Shown here: one piece after another, positions 46,165 to 61,648 of the stretch
How the letters are laid out: the number at the start of each line of letters is the position of its first letter
Position numbering within the stretch: position 1 is the stretch's first letter
Source: the human T2T-CHM13v2.0 reference genome, Homo sapiens
DNA length: 64,000 nt
Assembly: GCF_009914755.1 (NCBI RefSeq)
Contig: NC_060926.1
Reading direction: 5' to 3' (one strand)
The notes under the pieces: generated by a model
Database searches by the model: none
What the model was told of the DNA's origin: nothing
Seen by the model: the letters and a program-made list of their open reading frames with translations, nothing else
Position numbers and translations under genes: made by a program

Positions 46165-46355
46165 CACAACCTAAATATGCACTGTCCAATACTGGAGCCA
46201 TACAAGGTGATTTAAATGTAAGTTAATTAAAATTGAATACTCAGTCCCTCAGTCACACTAGCCACATGTCAAGTGCTTAAGAGTCACATGGGATTAGTAA
46301 AAAGTAGATAGCAGCACCTCAGAACATTTCCATCATCACAGAACATTCTGATAAA
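46165..46355. mobile_element. MER3-like hAT element
   Basis: gcactgtccaata...cagtcacactagccacatgtcaagtgct...catttccatcatcacagaa. Confidence 0.7.
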
Positions 46356-46766
46356 TGGCACTGAGATAATTCAGCAAACTGCAATGTGTTAAGGACCTGA
46401 ACAATGTTAAAAAGAAAGGACTCAAGGAGAAAGGACTGGCTAACTTTTTTGAAGAGTAAGCGGTGACTGTGGAGAGGATGTGACCTTTTAGGCCTGAGCA
46501 CATGGAAAACAAAGGAGAGATGCAAGGCTGAGAAAGAGGACAGGTCAGGGGCAAAGGCATGAGAGCACATAATACATTCCGGGGGCTGCCTCTCAGCCTA
46601 GAAGGTCGGGCATTTCATACCTGGAGAAGAGGACATACACATTCTCGGAAGTTAAGCAAAATTATGAAAAGCTTTGAAGGTCAATGTGAAGCAATCTGGA
46701 CGTTATCCTCTAGGCAATGAGAAACCAAACAAACTTTCAAACACAGGAGAGAAAGGATTCAATCTA

Positions 46767-46952
<186 letters not shown>

Positions 46953-48253
46953 CTATAAAAAGAGCAAAACATGACATAGTACCATGGGGTGAAAATTGGC
47001 AAGCAAAACACAAGTGAATCACAGTTGAGTACCTGGGTAACTTTCCTACTCGAAAGCCTACCTGAGGGGCTGCCTAAGCCATTACTTCAAAGAAGGTATA
47101 TAAGGACCAATTCTCTCACCCACATTATCAACTCAGATTAGAAAGTTCTCTACAGGAGACCACAGAGCCCTGTGGACCAGCTACCAGACACAGGAACTTC
47201 AGATCACTGTTATCACCCAGATGACCCCCCAACTCTGCCAGCAGAGAGCCCTGCCACATAGGACTAAGAGCCTCATACCTGAACCGAAGGCTTGACAGGG
47301 AGATAAAAGACTGGGTGAGTTACTAGGACACCTGCATCCTGGTGCCAGCCTGAACTCTGGTGGATCTTAGCTCCTCCCTCATCCAAAAAACGACAACAAA
47401 ACTGTCCCTGTTTCTCAGGACTGCTGTGATGGTAAATGAGAAAATACATTTGAAAATGCTACAGTATTATTTCCCAGCTATCTGCCACAGTAGATATTCC
47501 ATTAACTAAAAAAAGGAGGTGGCAGGGAAGAGAGCGGCAGGCGAAGTAAAATAAGCTTGGGAAAGATCAGATAATATATCTCATTCTAAAAGAATCACAG
47601 GGAATATTAGTACTGTCAAAGGCTCTGAGAAGTCCTGCAGTAGATAAACTGCCATAGTTTAATCCATATTAACAGAGCAGGAAAAGAATGCTTTGTGGGT
47701 CACATCTTGGAAACACTGCTGTAGAGAATAAAATATATTTTATTCTTTGTTGTTTTATATAAAGACATAAAACAACAAAGCTGAGAAATAAAACAAAAGG
47801 AAACTTTCAATAAATCACATTTTTCTGGAATATTCAGTTTCATATTGATTTCAGTTTCTCGTTTTAAGTTATTGTCGGATGACTCCCATAAAAGCTTCAG
47901 TCTAATGTAACTCTCAATCAAAGGTACCAGACCAGTGTAACTCACTTTCAAGGTGCCATAAAAAGGACAAGAATAACCTAAATGATCAAAGAAACCTCAT
48001 TTTTGCCATTATGTATTGATGAAAGAAGGGTACATTTATGCATCCTATGAATATATTCAATAATAATGAGCTTCACATTAACTCAAAGTTACCCAAGCAG
48101 AACATCTCAATTTGGACGTTATCTTTGCTTGTCCAGTACTGCCTAATCCTCATACTACTAAAAAGATCCTATATATCCGACAACTTGGCCAAAATTCTGT
48201 AATATGTAACACTCATACGTTCCTTAACATATATGTTTATTTAAAGTGCTTTT

Positions 48254-48589
<336 letters not shown>

Positions 48590-49173
48590 CTACTAATTTT
48601 TCTTTTTTCTTCTCAGTATATAACAATGATTTTCCTTCATCATTCCCCTCATCCATTTGACTGATTACAGGTTTTCTAAATCTGACACTTTTCAATTCAG
48701 CAACTCTTATCCTTTGAATAAGATCTGAAACCTGAGGTTCAGTTTCCATCTGTTTCCGGTATTAGGTTCTGATGCCATAAGACACTTCTGAAGGAGAAAT
48801 GGAACACTGCCCTGGCCACTCCTATTTCAAGTCAATAGCATCTGCTCAGTGCGGGGATGGCCCACACTGAAGGTCTGTAGCATTAGGTAGGGTCCAGTTT
48901 AAACAGATGCCTAGTGTTCAAAGAAACGAGAACAATGTCTCTTAAATGCAGCTGCACTCTAAATGTAAGTGAATGCTTTTCTAGTGCTGTAACTCCAAAC
49001 TTTTAAATAATTTATCAAAATGCACAAAACAACTAATGGTCATACAAAAGGAAATTCTTTTACATTGAAGGCAAGGTTGAGTCAGTCTAGAAAAACACAC
49101 TTTTTAGCCCTTTGCTTTTATATAGCCAGTATCACTTCCCACCCAAAGTATCAGGTTCTCTGACTTTGCAGTG

Positions 49174-49176
<3 letters not shown>

Positions 49177-49216
<40 letters not shown>
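49177..49216. repeat. (GT)20 microsatellite
   Basis: Perfect dinucleotide run. Confidence 0.97.
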
Positions 49217-49218
<2 letters not shown>

Positions 49219-50024
49219 CTCCTTTAGAAAACCTGTAGAACCTATAGATATAACTTAGCAAATTCTATTCCTTCAAAACTCTGAGTCTTAGAGACACCAT
49301 CTGGACATTAAAAGGTTCCAGAATTTAAATGAGTGGGGGATGAGGGGTCACAGATACTGCCACACCAACACAACCACAGGAGCAGTATAAGGACAGGTAA
49401 AAGAAGGGGCAGGGGGCCCAAGAGTGGCTTTCCATCAGTTTGATCACTCAACCTCACATTCTTCTTCCATGCAGCTGAGCCATCCCTCTTCACTTCTTGG
49501 CTAGGGGGTCCATGTCCCCAACTCCTGCACCATCCATTGTCCTGCACAGCAGCTTTTCCACAAGCATTAATGCTTAAGGACATGATGAAACTCGTCTTAG
49601 GGAGAAACATATGTCGCTCTGTCTTGAGATATGACCTGTGCTATCACTGATCCCCAGGATAAGTAATATTTCCACATAGAAGAAAGTTAAAAACCTGAAA
49701 ACTAGAAATCTTTCCACAAAACTATCCCCTCCATTCTTTTCAAAACAATGATGGGTGTTATTTGAACGCTCCCTTGGTAACAATCTATCGGTTAAATTAT
49801 CTAAGCTTCTCCTAATGCCCTAACCGCATTCATATGGTTAGGAAAAGACATTCATTACCAAGCATATTTGTTTGTCCCTATCCCTAAAAATGACAAAACT
49901 ATTGCCTAAAGATGAACAATTTGAAAATATAAAAATGTTTTAGCTGATTCTTTCGACAGAATGAATGGGTTCTAACATCCTATTCTCTTAATTAGGTCAC
50001 AACCCAAGGCAGAAGCGTGAGTTA

Positions 50025-50185
50025 AAGCGGTGCTTCCCTAATTTGGATGGGCATGCAGATCACCTCAGCAATTTGCTAAGATGCAGATTCCCATTCGGAA
50101 GGGCTGCAGTGCGGCCTGAGAATCTGCATTTCTAGCAGGCTTCCATGTGATGCTGATGCTGTGGGTCCAGAAACCAGACTTTGAG
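50025..50185. mobile_element. MER5-like hAT MITE
   Basis: atgcagattccc...ggcctgagaatctgcatttctagcaggcttcc. Confidence 0.7.
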
Positions 50186-50326
50186 TGGCAAAGTGGTAGA
50201 CTGAGCTTTGAAAGAAGGCAGAGAGGAAGGTTGGGGGATGTGAAAGGAGGGACACAGACGACTGCAAGGAAGCCGACAGTGTCAAAAGTGCCCAGTAGTG
50301 GGTCTGGCCGACAGTACTGCCTGGCT

Positions 50327-50361
50327 GAGTCTAACTGGAGGAGAGTCTAACTGGAGGAGAG
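50327..50361. repeat. 16-bp tandem duplication (GAGTCTAACTGGAGGA)x2
   Basis: Read directly. Confidence 0.9.
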
Positions 50362-51047
50362 GGGTAAGAAGCAAAGCTGGAAATAAGGGAGACTGTTGTA
50401 CTAAAGTGGTGTGAATTTCACAAGGACAGAAAAGGGTAAAAACTTCATTGAGATTTAAAAAAGAAATGCAAGCAAACAAACAAACAAAAATCCCACGAGG
50501 TCAAAGATGGGAGAAACTACAGAACTCTGAAATGCAGGCAACACATTTGCCAAAAATATAGTCAAGGAATTGAACACAGTGGCTCCCTTGGAAACCGAAG
50601 AAATGAGACTTAGACATGTCACAAGCGCCAAACCAAGCTATGGCACAGTAGTTAATCTTCTCTGAGGCTGACAGAGCTGTTCATGCAGCTCCATCTGAAA
50701 TGTATCACAAGTGAAATTTCACAAGAGTGGGAAGACCAACCTTAAAATGGGGTAGCATGGAAGATCCCCTATCCATCTGCTAGAACTGAAGTGGCAGCCA
50801 CAGCAGCACCCCTCTGCAGGGAGCCATGTGCAAGAAAGACATATCAAAGAAGGACACCCACACACTGCTGTTATGCCAGCCCTGCAAAATTTGCCAAACC
50901 AGACATTACGTGCGTCATGCTAGGTGTGGTGAGGAATACAAAATAAAGTATCCTACCCTACAAATATGAGGAGTTGGGAGGAAAAAACTTCCCCTTCCCC
51001 CAAAAAATAACAGAACTGAAAAAAAAAAAAAGGGAAAAAAAACTTAA

Positions 51048-51340
51048 TTTTTTTTTTTTAGACAATCTCATTCTGTTGTCCAGGCTGGAGTGCAATGGCG
51101 CAATCATAGCTCACAGAAGCTTTAACCTTCCTGGCTCGAGCAATCTTCACACTTCAAGCCTCCTGAGTAGCAGGGGGGATGAGCACATGCTATCACATCC
51201 AGCTAATTTTTAAAAATTTTTTGTAGAGACAGGGTCTCACTGTGTTGCCCAGGCTGGTCTCGAGCTCCCAGGCTCAAGCAATCCTCCTCCTTGGTCGCCC
51301 AAAGTGCTGAAATTACAGCTGTGAGCCACTGTACCCTGCC
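51048..51340 (-). mobile_element. Alu (AluJ-like)
   Basis: Diverged reverse dimer. Confidence 0.9.
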
Positions 51341-51549
51341 ATAACTAAATATAATAAGAGATTTTCTCATATTGCTATATGGCCTTTCATTTCCACGCCC
51401 CCCCCACTCCCCCCTCCCCCCCCCCCACAAAACATTATTTCTCCTACAAATAGTACTGAGGCCAATCAGGAACTGTGACTAGCAAGGATCTGATCCTCCA
51501 GGATCTACTACTGAAGGGCCGCACTCTATGTCACAGCTGGCTTGGAAGC

Positions 51550-51730
51550 TTGGCCTTGCCATTTACTGGCTTGATTACCTAGGCGGGTTATCCAACAACT
51601 TTGAGCCTCAGTTTCCTTTTCTGTAAAAGGAGATTACTACTATCTACATGAGATTATTGTGAGGTAGGGGAAATGAGATGTATAAAACTCCTTGCAGAAT
51701 GCCTAGCACATAACACAAATGTTCAAAGTT
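51550..51730 (+). mobile_element. MIR SINE
   Basis: tgagcctcagtttccttttctgtaaaagg...attattgtgagg. Confidence 0.7.
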
Positions 51731-52436
51731 AATTCAGTCTGTTCAATGTCTCAGTTTCTTCGTTGCGTGTGAGCATCGCCCTAATCTCAAGTGTCCCAAT
51801 TCCTGACTAAGCCTCAAAGGCACAGAGACAGACCATGGCAGCAGCCGTCACTTTTTCCAACAGAAATGTCACAGGACACATCTGTTGGCCCCACTGGCTC
51901 AAGGAGTTTGCTGTAATGCATGGATAGGTCATTTGGTCATGAATTTTTAACCTCTACATTGTCTCAACCCATGTTTTTCCTAATTTCACCCTGTATTTAA
52001 TTTATACCACCTTGTCATACTTCATGTATCCTGGTAAACTGCCTCAAACTCTTTCGGAATAAGTTATCTAAATAGATACTTATGCAAAGGGTTCAGAACA
52101 AAGAGAAATAGTACAAGTTTAAAGATATAAGAATTAGGAAAAAGTTAAAACCTGATTTCTTTTGTTCCTAAGACCGTGAGATTCATAAAACACTAAAAGG
52201 AAAGAGATTTTGTTACTGAAAGGGAAGAGTTTAAATGATTCTGAATTCAAAATATTAAACTATACTTAACCAAATTTGCGTATTTTACAACTTATGTAAA
52301 TCCTAAATAAATTATTCTTTATCTGATAATGATGGCAAAATATCCTACTCAAGTACTTAGTTAAGAAATCAAACTTACTCAAGCTCCAAAATTGTATGCA
52401 GTTAAATCTGAGGAGATGCTTCTAACTTTATTCTAA

Positions 52437-52615
52437 AGCAATGGATCGCAACCTTGGCTGCATATTGAAATCACCTGGGGAGCTTTGACAAATACCCACA
52501 CCTGAGTCCCGGCCCCAGGGAGGCTGCTGTAAATTGGTTTAGGAGACAGCCTGGGAATGAAAATTTTCAGAAGCTCCCAGGTGGTTCTAATGTGCAGCCA
52601 CAGCTTAGAACCCCT
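52437..52615. mobile_element. MER5-like hAT MITE
   Basis: ggctgcatattgaaatcacctgggga...aagctcccaggtggttctaatgtgcagcc. Confidence 0.75.
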
Positions 52616-53088
52616 ACTTGCGAGCTAAGTGCTGAAATGTATTTTTCTTTCAATGAAATGGTGAGAGAAACATGTAGCTCCCAGGCACGTTTCCCCACTG
52701 CAATGTAATCTATGTATGATGTACAAATATTATCAAATAAAACATCTACTTCCAAATGCAAGAGATGACCAAATACATCTGTAAAATGTATGCAATACCC
52801 TCGAAACATTTAAAGAATTCTTTAAATGGTATAGGAGTAATCTTGTTAAATAAAAACACTTTTCAGAAAGTCTTTCTCCAGCATGCACTTCTTTTAGCAG
52901 CATTATGAAAGGTAACCTAATCAATATTCACAAATAACCGAATACTGTTAAGTAGCAGGTTTAACCAAAAACAAATTTCAGTGATTTCAAACGTCAACCA
53001 AGGCATGGAAGAACAGGATTAACAAGGTCTTAGAAGAGCAATGTATTTTTCTGGACTGTCATTTTCAATCATGAAAATGTCATTGTGA

Positions 53089-53406
<318 letters not shown>

Positions 53407-53667
53407 TCATGAATTCTTTTAATTGCAAAAAATGATATACCATTTATACAGCAAACTCTTGCCTCCTTTATAAGAAAAGTACCAGCAGAGAAAAACCTAT
53501 TCAAGGAAGTCAAACATTTTGTCTTGTACCACTTACAAATCAATCAACGAATGTCCTTTGCCACTTAACTTTACAATTATTTTCATGTGATTTGGTATCT
53601 GAGTTTAACCAAGTATAGTCCAATGGAAGGCAGGTTTACAAATGGGAACTAGGTATTTTGAAGAAAG

Positions 53668-53705
53668 AGAAACATTTTTAAGAAATAGAAACATTTTTAA
53701 GAAAT
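53668..53705. repeat. 19-bp tandem duplication (AGAAACATTTTTAAGAAAT)x2
   Basis: Read directly. Confidence 0.9.
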
Positions 53706-54274
53706 CAGGAAAAGGAAAGCATAAATTTTGTGATAGCCTTAATTGGTGTTTGTAGAGAAGTTTTTAAAACTAGGGAGAAGCAGTTATAAAAAGTGTAAAG
53801 TGTCAGGGCAATTGAAGGTCTGGAAAATCTCTCAGAAGTAGCAGAGAAATCCCGATGGGCAAACGTCTACTTGCTAACGGAACAGAATGAATATCCCAAG
53901 GCCTACTTGCTTCGTTATAATGTCATGAAATTGCGTGCTCTGCAAAAACTGTCCTAAAAAATTAAAATTCGCTTGGAAGTGAAGAAGCCACTTATTTTTT
54001 TCAAATGAAACAAGGGGGAGAAAGCAAAAAATACAGTAGTGATATTGAAATACTATATGAAAACTCAATAGGAAGATGCCATTTTCTTTTATAGTTAGCT
54101 AAAAAAGTTATTCAACAAACAATAATGATGTCTTTTGGGCTCTAAAAGTGCTGAGGGTGCCACAGTGGAATCAGACTCACACTCAGGTATGAACAATCGC
54201 TTTTTGACCATGAAATTGTGACTGGGAATACTGAAAAAATTCAAATTGAAGATGTCATTAAAAACAGAAATAGA

Positions 54275-54413
54275 TGGCCGGCCTGGTAGCATGCACCTGT
54301 AATGACAACTACTCACCAAGCTGAGGTAGAAGGATCACTTGAGCCCAGGAGTTCGAGGGCAGCCTGGGCAACATAGCAAGACTTCATCTCTTAAAAAAAA
54401 AAAAAAAAAAAAC
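54275..54413 (+). mobile_element. Alu monomer (FLAM-like)
   Basis: Left-arm-type monomer with poly(A). Confidence 0.85.
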
Positions 54414-55333
54414 ACCCAAGAAACCAGAAACAGAAACAGGAAGAACTTTTCTTGTCAGCCAAATTGTACTGCTGGAAACCTAGAGGCCAACTTTTACCAC
54501 TGCTGCTGTATTTGGGTTCACCACCACACAGTGACAATGTAGGGTGTAATGTGTCTTCTTTTTGTGGTATCGCCTGTGGCACCCTGGATACTGTGTGCCA
54601 TCTGGGGTTCTGCCAGGGAACAACCCTCCTGCAGCCTCCTCTTAATACTCTCCAACCTTCCTCCTGAGGATTCCACAGCCCTCCTTTTTCAGCAACAGCT
54701 TAATTAATTATGGAAATAACGAAACCAAAATAAGAACGACAATAACATAGGAAAGAACTAAAGCATTTGTCTCAACCTAAGCAACATTTTCCTGAAGTCT
54801 AGAAGAAAGGCAAAAGTGAGATATTTAAAAAGTGAGATGTAACTAAAATTATATTCAATCTGGGCATGTTTTCCCCATTTTCTCCTACTCTGAAAATGAG
54901 TATGTGCTGGGTCCCTGTTACTGAAAACATATAAGCCCCAAAACATAAGTGTTTTTGCAATGTTAATTTTTGCTTACTTTCTGAAAAAAAAGCATGAGAG
55001 GTTAGACATTTTAATGAGCTATTTCTAACAAATGTAGAAAACAATTAAAAGTAAATTCAATTAGTATATTTAATTAGTATCCGAATAAGCTACATAACTT
55101 TTAAATTTGATGTTCCAAAAATAAAAGTTGTTTTCTCCAACCAAATTATACATGTTCCTAAGCTAATACAACTTTAGTGCTCTAAAAATGTTAGTTTTGC
55201 ATATACAGTATAGTATTTATTCTCCAATTCGTTAAGAATGTTTTTGTGCTTTCAAAATAAACAAAAATTTTCTATTTCCAATCCTGCCCTCATTTGGACT
55301 ATACCTGGATAAACATAAACACCAAATTACGTG

Positions 55334-55514
55334 AAAATAGTTACAAAGCTAAGTTGCAAGAAAAAGATAACAGTACAAAATTTAATGGCCGAGACTTGAA
55401 ATGCTCGAAATAGTACTACAAAATATATTAAAATAATTACAAAACTAAGTGGCAAGAGACAGATGACAGAACAAAACTTAATGGTTGAAACCTGAAATGC
55501 TCAAAACTATACTA
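55334..55514. repeat. Diverged 96-bp tandem duplication
   Basis: Sequence from 55334 aligns ungapped to sequence from 55430 with 13 mismatches in the first 77 nt. Confidence 0.85.
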
Positions 55515-58500
55515 TATTCAGTGAAGTAGGCTTGCATGCTAATGCTATATCCTTAATATAAAAAACTCTACAACAAATAGCTAAATGCAATTTGTTACCA
55601 CATACGATGAATGAGCTGGGATATGAATTATTAATTTACTAATTAGAAAATTCTTAACTTCAAAAAGAATGGAAACATACTTTCGTTGATGCGATAAAGA
55701 AAACACACACATACAAAATTATACTGTTTTAGGGTCAAATTAAAAAGATGGAAGTTTTTTAATCACTATCTTTCTAGAATAAACAAGCTTTGCAAAAGTA
55801 TTAACATAATTCCATAAATTTGCTAAAACACTGCAAACAAGGTTTTGAGAGTTTCTCCCCCCCTTAAACCTCAATTAAAAGGAAGAGAAAAAAAAACCCT
55901 TCTGACTGGAGGAACTGCTCAGAGGTCACCAAATCTTTTAATTTAAAAAGGATGAGAGCAACCTGCATCAGATAATGGTTAGGAATAACAGTTCTTCTCA
56001 AATGATCATCAAGCCACGAAGATATCTAGAGCTTTATTCTCCAATAACCCACAAATCATAGCTAACTCATTTTTCTAAGGAGAGGGAGGTGACGGAGGGA
56101 GTGAACAGTAGATCAAGAGAAAGGAAAAACAACAAAACAACGCTACAGCAGAAAGCAAAATGAGGGCAGTGGCTTTGTTCTGAGGAAAAAGTTCTTGATT
56201 TTATCTATAAATATTGTCAGTGAGTTAGACCAAAATCCCTAGAGAAAGATGATACAGGAAGAAAAAAGCAGATGACAGTTGAAGACTACTGAATGACAGA
56301 GAAACTCTTTCATTATGTTCATAGGAGAAAAAAATGATACACTGTGTACCCAAATCTATGAATTTACAGTAGATTTCTGCTATCATACCATAATGCTAAA
56401 GTGACTTGACTCTATCCTGAATTACCATGCATGATTTGCTAGTAATTAGTATTTTTATTTAAGTGAATTGAAAAGGGGGTTTTGTTAATATACTTTTAAA
56501 TACATAGATTCATAGCACTTGGGTAATAAAAATAAAATTTTGCCAGAATTTGTCATCACACAAATAAGGACCAGTGGTGAAACTGATTTTTCCAGAATGA
56601 GCAGTTCTGTAGGGGAGTCAAGCAAAGAAAGCAAGTCCCCTGACCCAGGGAGTTCCTTTCCTTCTATCAAAGGATCAACATTCATCACTTTTTTATAGCC
56701 ATGGTTTTCTTGAAATGACTTTGTTCACATATGGAATTCACATATGGAAATTATGGAATGAGCATTCCATAATTTCATAACGTAATCACTTAATTATTTC
56801 TTTCATTTTTTTAATGACACAAATGCTTTGCCTCGTCCCCGGGCCATGATTTCTCCTATGACTCTCCTGCCCCTGAGAATTAAACTGTAAATTTTGATGG
56901 CATTGATGTATGTGTAGGAATGAGCAAATGAGGCTGAATTTTCTGTGAATGGGTACCAAAGGCAGACTAGAAATATGAGAACTTGAGGCAATAGGAAAAA
57001 ATTGAAAGGGATCTATTTAAAGTCTAAAAGTCATAAAGTCAAATAAGGTGATGAACCAAAATGTTCATCAATCCCTGAATAAAGTAGAGTAACCTGAACA
57101 TCACAAAAAGTGGGGTTAGGGTAAATAGAAGGAAGGACTGTTATATTTATGGAGTTCATTTTGTCACCTGGTGATAGAGGCTGAAAAGACACATGACTTC
57201 AAGAAAAAGCACTCATGCGATGGATTTTAAGGGAAGTCAAGAGTGCCCCAGGGTAGCATCCCTAGCCTTTGAGGTTGATCACAAACCAGAGAGCCAAGCT
57301 CTAGCAGGAAACCTCAAGGCCATCTTGACACAGAATATACTAGTTTGCAAGACAATGGGTCAGACCCATTGGGCAAATCTTAAATTCCTATTGGAAAGCA
57401 GGAACTCCCTCAAGGGAATACATATTAGACAAAAGTAAACTGTCTAGTCATCTGCTAAACCATTTCTGGGCAAATAAAGACAAAAGGTCCAGAAAAACAT
57501 CCCTTAGTTCAAAAATCTCACCAACCCAAAACAAAAATGAAGAGACTCATTCACTAGTCCATGGTCTCCCCCAAAAATAGGAATCCATTCTGTTTTCCCA
57601 TCACCAAAGTCAGTGCCTAGCATCTAAGGGGGTTTGATAATTCTGGTGTTAACAAGTTCTGCTCTAAAACTGTAAGTATCTCCTAGAGAGCATTAAACTA
57701 GTTATAATTAGTCATTTACACCATGATGGGCTTGACAAATGTGCAGTTAACAACAAATGTGGGGTTAACAAATTTCAGAAATTACCAAAGCATCTATGTT
57801 GGCACAGTAAGGAATACAGAACAAACCAGAACATATCCTTGGCTCCTGGAAAACTAAACACTAAGATCATTATACCTTCAGAGATCAGAGTACAGTTAAA
57901 AGGCCAAACTCCAAAACATACATGAAAATTCAAAAGAATAAATAAAAAAGGATTAGATTAATTGCTATTCATATCATACCAAGAAAAACATTTATTTGGG
58001 AGTGTTCTAATCTAATTGCTGTTAAACTAAAATGAATTTTTAGTGGGCATAAAGCCTTGTACTCTCATATACACACCCAAAAGTCATCCTTTTGATGGGC
58101 TTAAGCATAATACAGAAACTCAGTAAGTATTTACCAAATAAATAAATAAATGCCTATTTGATCTGTAACTAACTTATCTTTACAGAATATTACAGTACTC
58201 ATTTCAACAGTATAAATCTGAATCATCAATTATTTAGCACCAATGAGCTCATCTAACACTTCTTTTCCTCTCCTCATTCACAAAGAAGCTGACACTGTAA
58301 TTAGCACTTCCCTTCAGAAATGATGACTGCTTGACTCCTTCTTCAGCAAACCCTGGATCCAGCTCTGTGACCTACAGGAAACTCAACTGACAGCCCCTAC
58401 CACATAAAGAAGTCGAGTTCTGGACCAGTTGCCTAAAACTGTTGTGTGCCATCAATTCTGACCTGTGTGTGTAAATCCCCCTTTATTATGGGACAAAGGG

Positions 58501-59555
58501 AGTGGGGACAGGACGGGGATAGGTAGTCAGTGGGGGCTGAGCTGGGAGTCGGGGTCAGGAGGTGTTACAGTTTCATCAAGGGAGAAACATGTCCCAGTGG
58601 CCAAAAAATAGTTGATAATTGTGATTTCTGACATAACACTCTCACAAGAAGAGATCCCAGTGGCCATTGTTTCTTCTAGGAACAATGGTTTCCAGTTAAC
58701 ACATGGCACAGTCTGTGAGATGATGCAGTGCACTGACCTGTATATAATACACACTCATGGAATTAAAGGATTATTAGGATACCAGATGTCCAAACACTGC
58801 CAAAATGTGAGCCCTCTGAAATAATAAAAGTGCAAGCAACAGCAGTATTAGACATTGAAAAGATGACAGCAACTGTGCTCCACACGATCTCATGTGCCAA
58901 TAACTGGGCCACAGAAGCCTGGCAAATCAGGCAGGCTATACTCTGTAAATTCTATTTATTTTTGTTTGAAAACGACCTGGGAGTTGTACATCCTAAAGAA
59001 CCATAGCCATTTCCCCCCCTCTCTAAATATATCAACATACCAAAAGGTCAAAGATTCAAGGGTAAGGAAACATCAAAGCAATAAATCAATATAAAATGAA
59101 AAATAAATAATGCAAATATATTATACTCTATTGCAACACAGGCATTAAGGAAAGAAAATAAGAATGAGAAAATAAATTAACTCCTCATAAGCAAACTCAT
59201 AAATCCTAAGACCTCAGACGAATGGAGCAAAGCACAAAGCCACAAAAGCACCAGTCCTTAGATAGACAGCTCTACCTAAGTTACAAGTAGCTCCAAATGA
59301 CACTGCTATGCTTACTGGTTCCAGGAAAACAAAGGAAAGAAACCAGAATGACCAGCCTCCCTGCTGACCTCCACCCAGAAGCTTACACGGTTACCATCAC
59401 TGGACACTGTGGAGGAAACGCTAGCAGAGGGAAACGTGAAGGCTGTGGGCAACTGAGGGCTTGGTAGAAACCAGAGACCATAGCATCAAACCAGAAGGCA
59501 GGCTCCAGAACTGTCAGGCACAAGTACACGCAAGCCTTACACATATTCTGTATCA

Positions 59556-59978
<423 letters not shown>

Positions 59979-61535
59979 TTAAATGCATACTCCAAATTTT
60001 TTTTTTTAAATGTTAAAGTACACTTATGCATAGCCACAGAATTTCAGGATTCCTAAAGGGATCTTAGAAGAAAACTTCCAATTCAACTCTTTTTAAATCG
60101 CGCAGAGCTGTTGTGTAACTCTACTAAAGTGAAAACAAGTTTAGTGGCAGAAGCAGGACCCAACTCTCCCCACAGTTTATAAAATGCATTTTCCAACTCA
60201 GAGAAAGTGACCTTGAAAACTGGTTGGGTGACAAAGGCACAATATTACTGGTCACTAAGATAGCAAGCAACAGACAAGTAGCATGCAGCAGGAATTTCAG
60301 TAAGAGCAAAGCACAGCTGAAATTTCAAGGCCGTTAAAAGCCTTGAATGTATGCAAATTTCAAAAATTAACATTAAATTGTGGAAGCCCTGGTTCTCTTC
60401 TGAGTTTTAGCCGGCAATCCATTGCTTCAATAAAACCCAATGAAATCTATGCATTGTGTAGCCTAATTTAAAATGTAAGGCCAAACAGATCTGGAAAAGT
60501 ACAGCTTTATCCTTGTACTTAATTTATACTATAGTGTACTGTAATTAAGCCTAAAATAAAAGCTATATTCTGAGTAAAGACAAAAAGCTGTTGTTAATGA
60601 CATTCCATTCTCAATGTAGACTGTAACAAAAGGCTTCTTCATTTGCAGCCAACTGTCATTATACTTTGTAGCTTGTATGGAGCTACTGGACTAATATTTG
60701 TACTGGGATTAGTGTGGGGATAACCAATCAGTTAACTCCTCCACTGCAGTTTTCTATTATCCTCAAATAAATGGCCAAAAGGGAAAAAAAGAAAATTGGC
60801 CGGTAGAACAACAACGATATTTATGAGATTAAACCCTCAAACCCTTCACAGTTTGCCGGGCAACTAATAACCATTTGCCAAGCTGTTCATTTAATAATGA
60901 GTCAGCTAAGCCAAAAGCAAATGTTCCTTCAACCAACCATTGCTACTATAGTCATATCCACACTGACAAGCTCCAATTATTTATATAAAGTACTCATTTA
61001 GAATAAGAAGTACAAATTGCCACGTTAAGAAAAACAAACTCCTCTCATTAGCCAAATGCAAGCTACAGAGCATTTAAAAAAAAATAACTCAAATTTGTGT
61101 GATGCTATAATTTATGAAAGCTAAAATGACCAACAAATAGTTTGGGGGACAACTTCCATTTGTGTCACACATTCTAGATGGAGGGCCAGAAGCTCACCAT
61201 CCAAAACTGCAGTCAGTAATCCTGTCATGTTAGGTCACGCCACAGTGTGTGCCCTTGATACAGCAAGTGGAGTGCCAACGCTGAGGCCATTCTCACCTTG
61301 GGATTATTCGAACTGAGCAAAATACTGTTTCTCAAAGCAAGGGAAGGTGTTCATTATACAACACAATCATAAGGTACAGTCCCATTAATCTGGGGAGCAG
61401 GAAGTGGTAGGGGCTGCTTTCCAAGAAATGCATATGTCAAAACTGGAGATAACACCTTGCTCTTCTCCCAACCATCCCCATATACCCATAGATTAAGAAA
61501 AGCAACCAGCAGGTATTCCCTGCACTGTTACTTAC

Positions 61536-61648
61536 TAATAGTTCATCCATACTGGTCTGGCATTTTTCCAAGTTGATCCGTTTTATTGCTACACGTTCTT
61601 GCCTGGGTTTGCATAGGGCTGCCTGAACCACAGCAGTAGCTCCACTGC
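61536..61648 (-). CDS. STK39: STK39 exon 2 (113 nt): (G)[37 protein letters not shown]; Gly-rich loop and VAIK lysine
   Basis: Acceptor tttcattgcAG|GC, donor TTA|GTAAGT; overlaps ORF 61437..61631. Confidence 0.97.
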
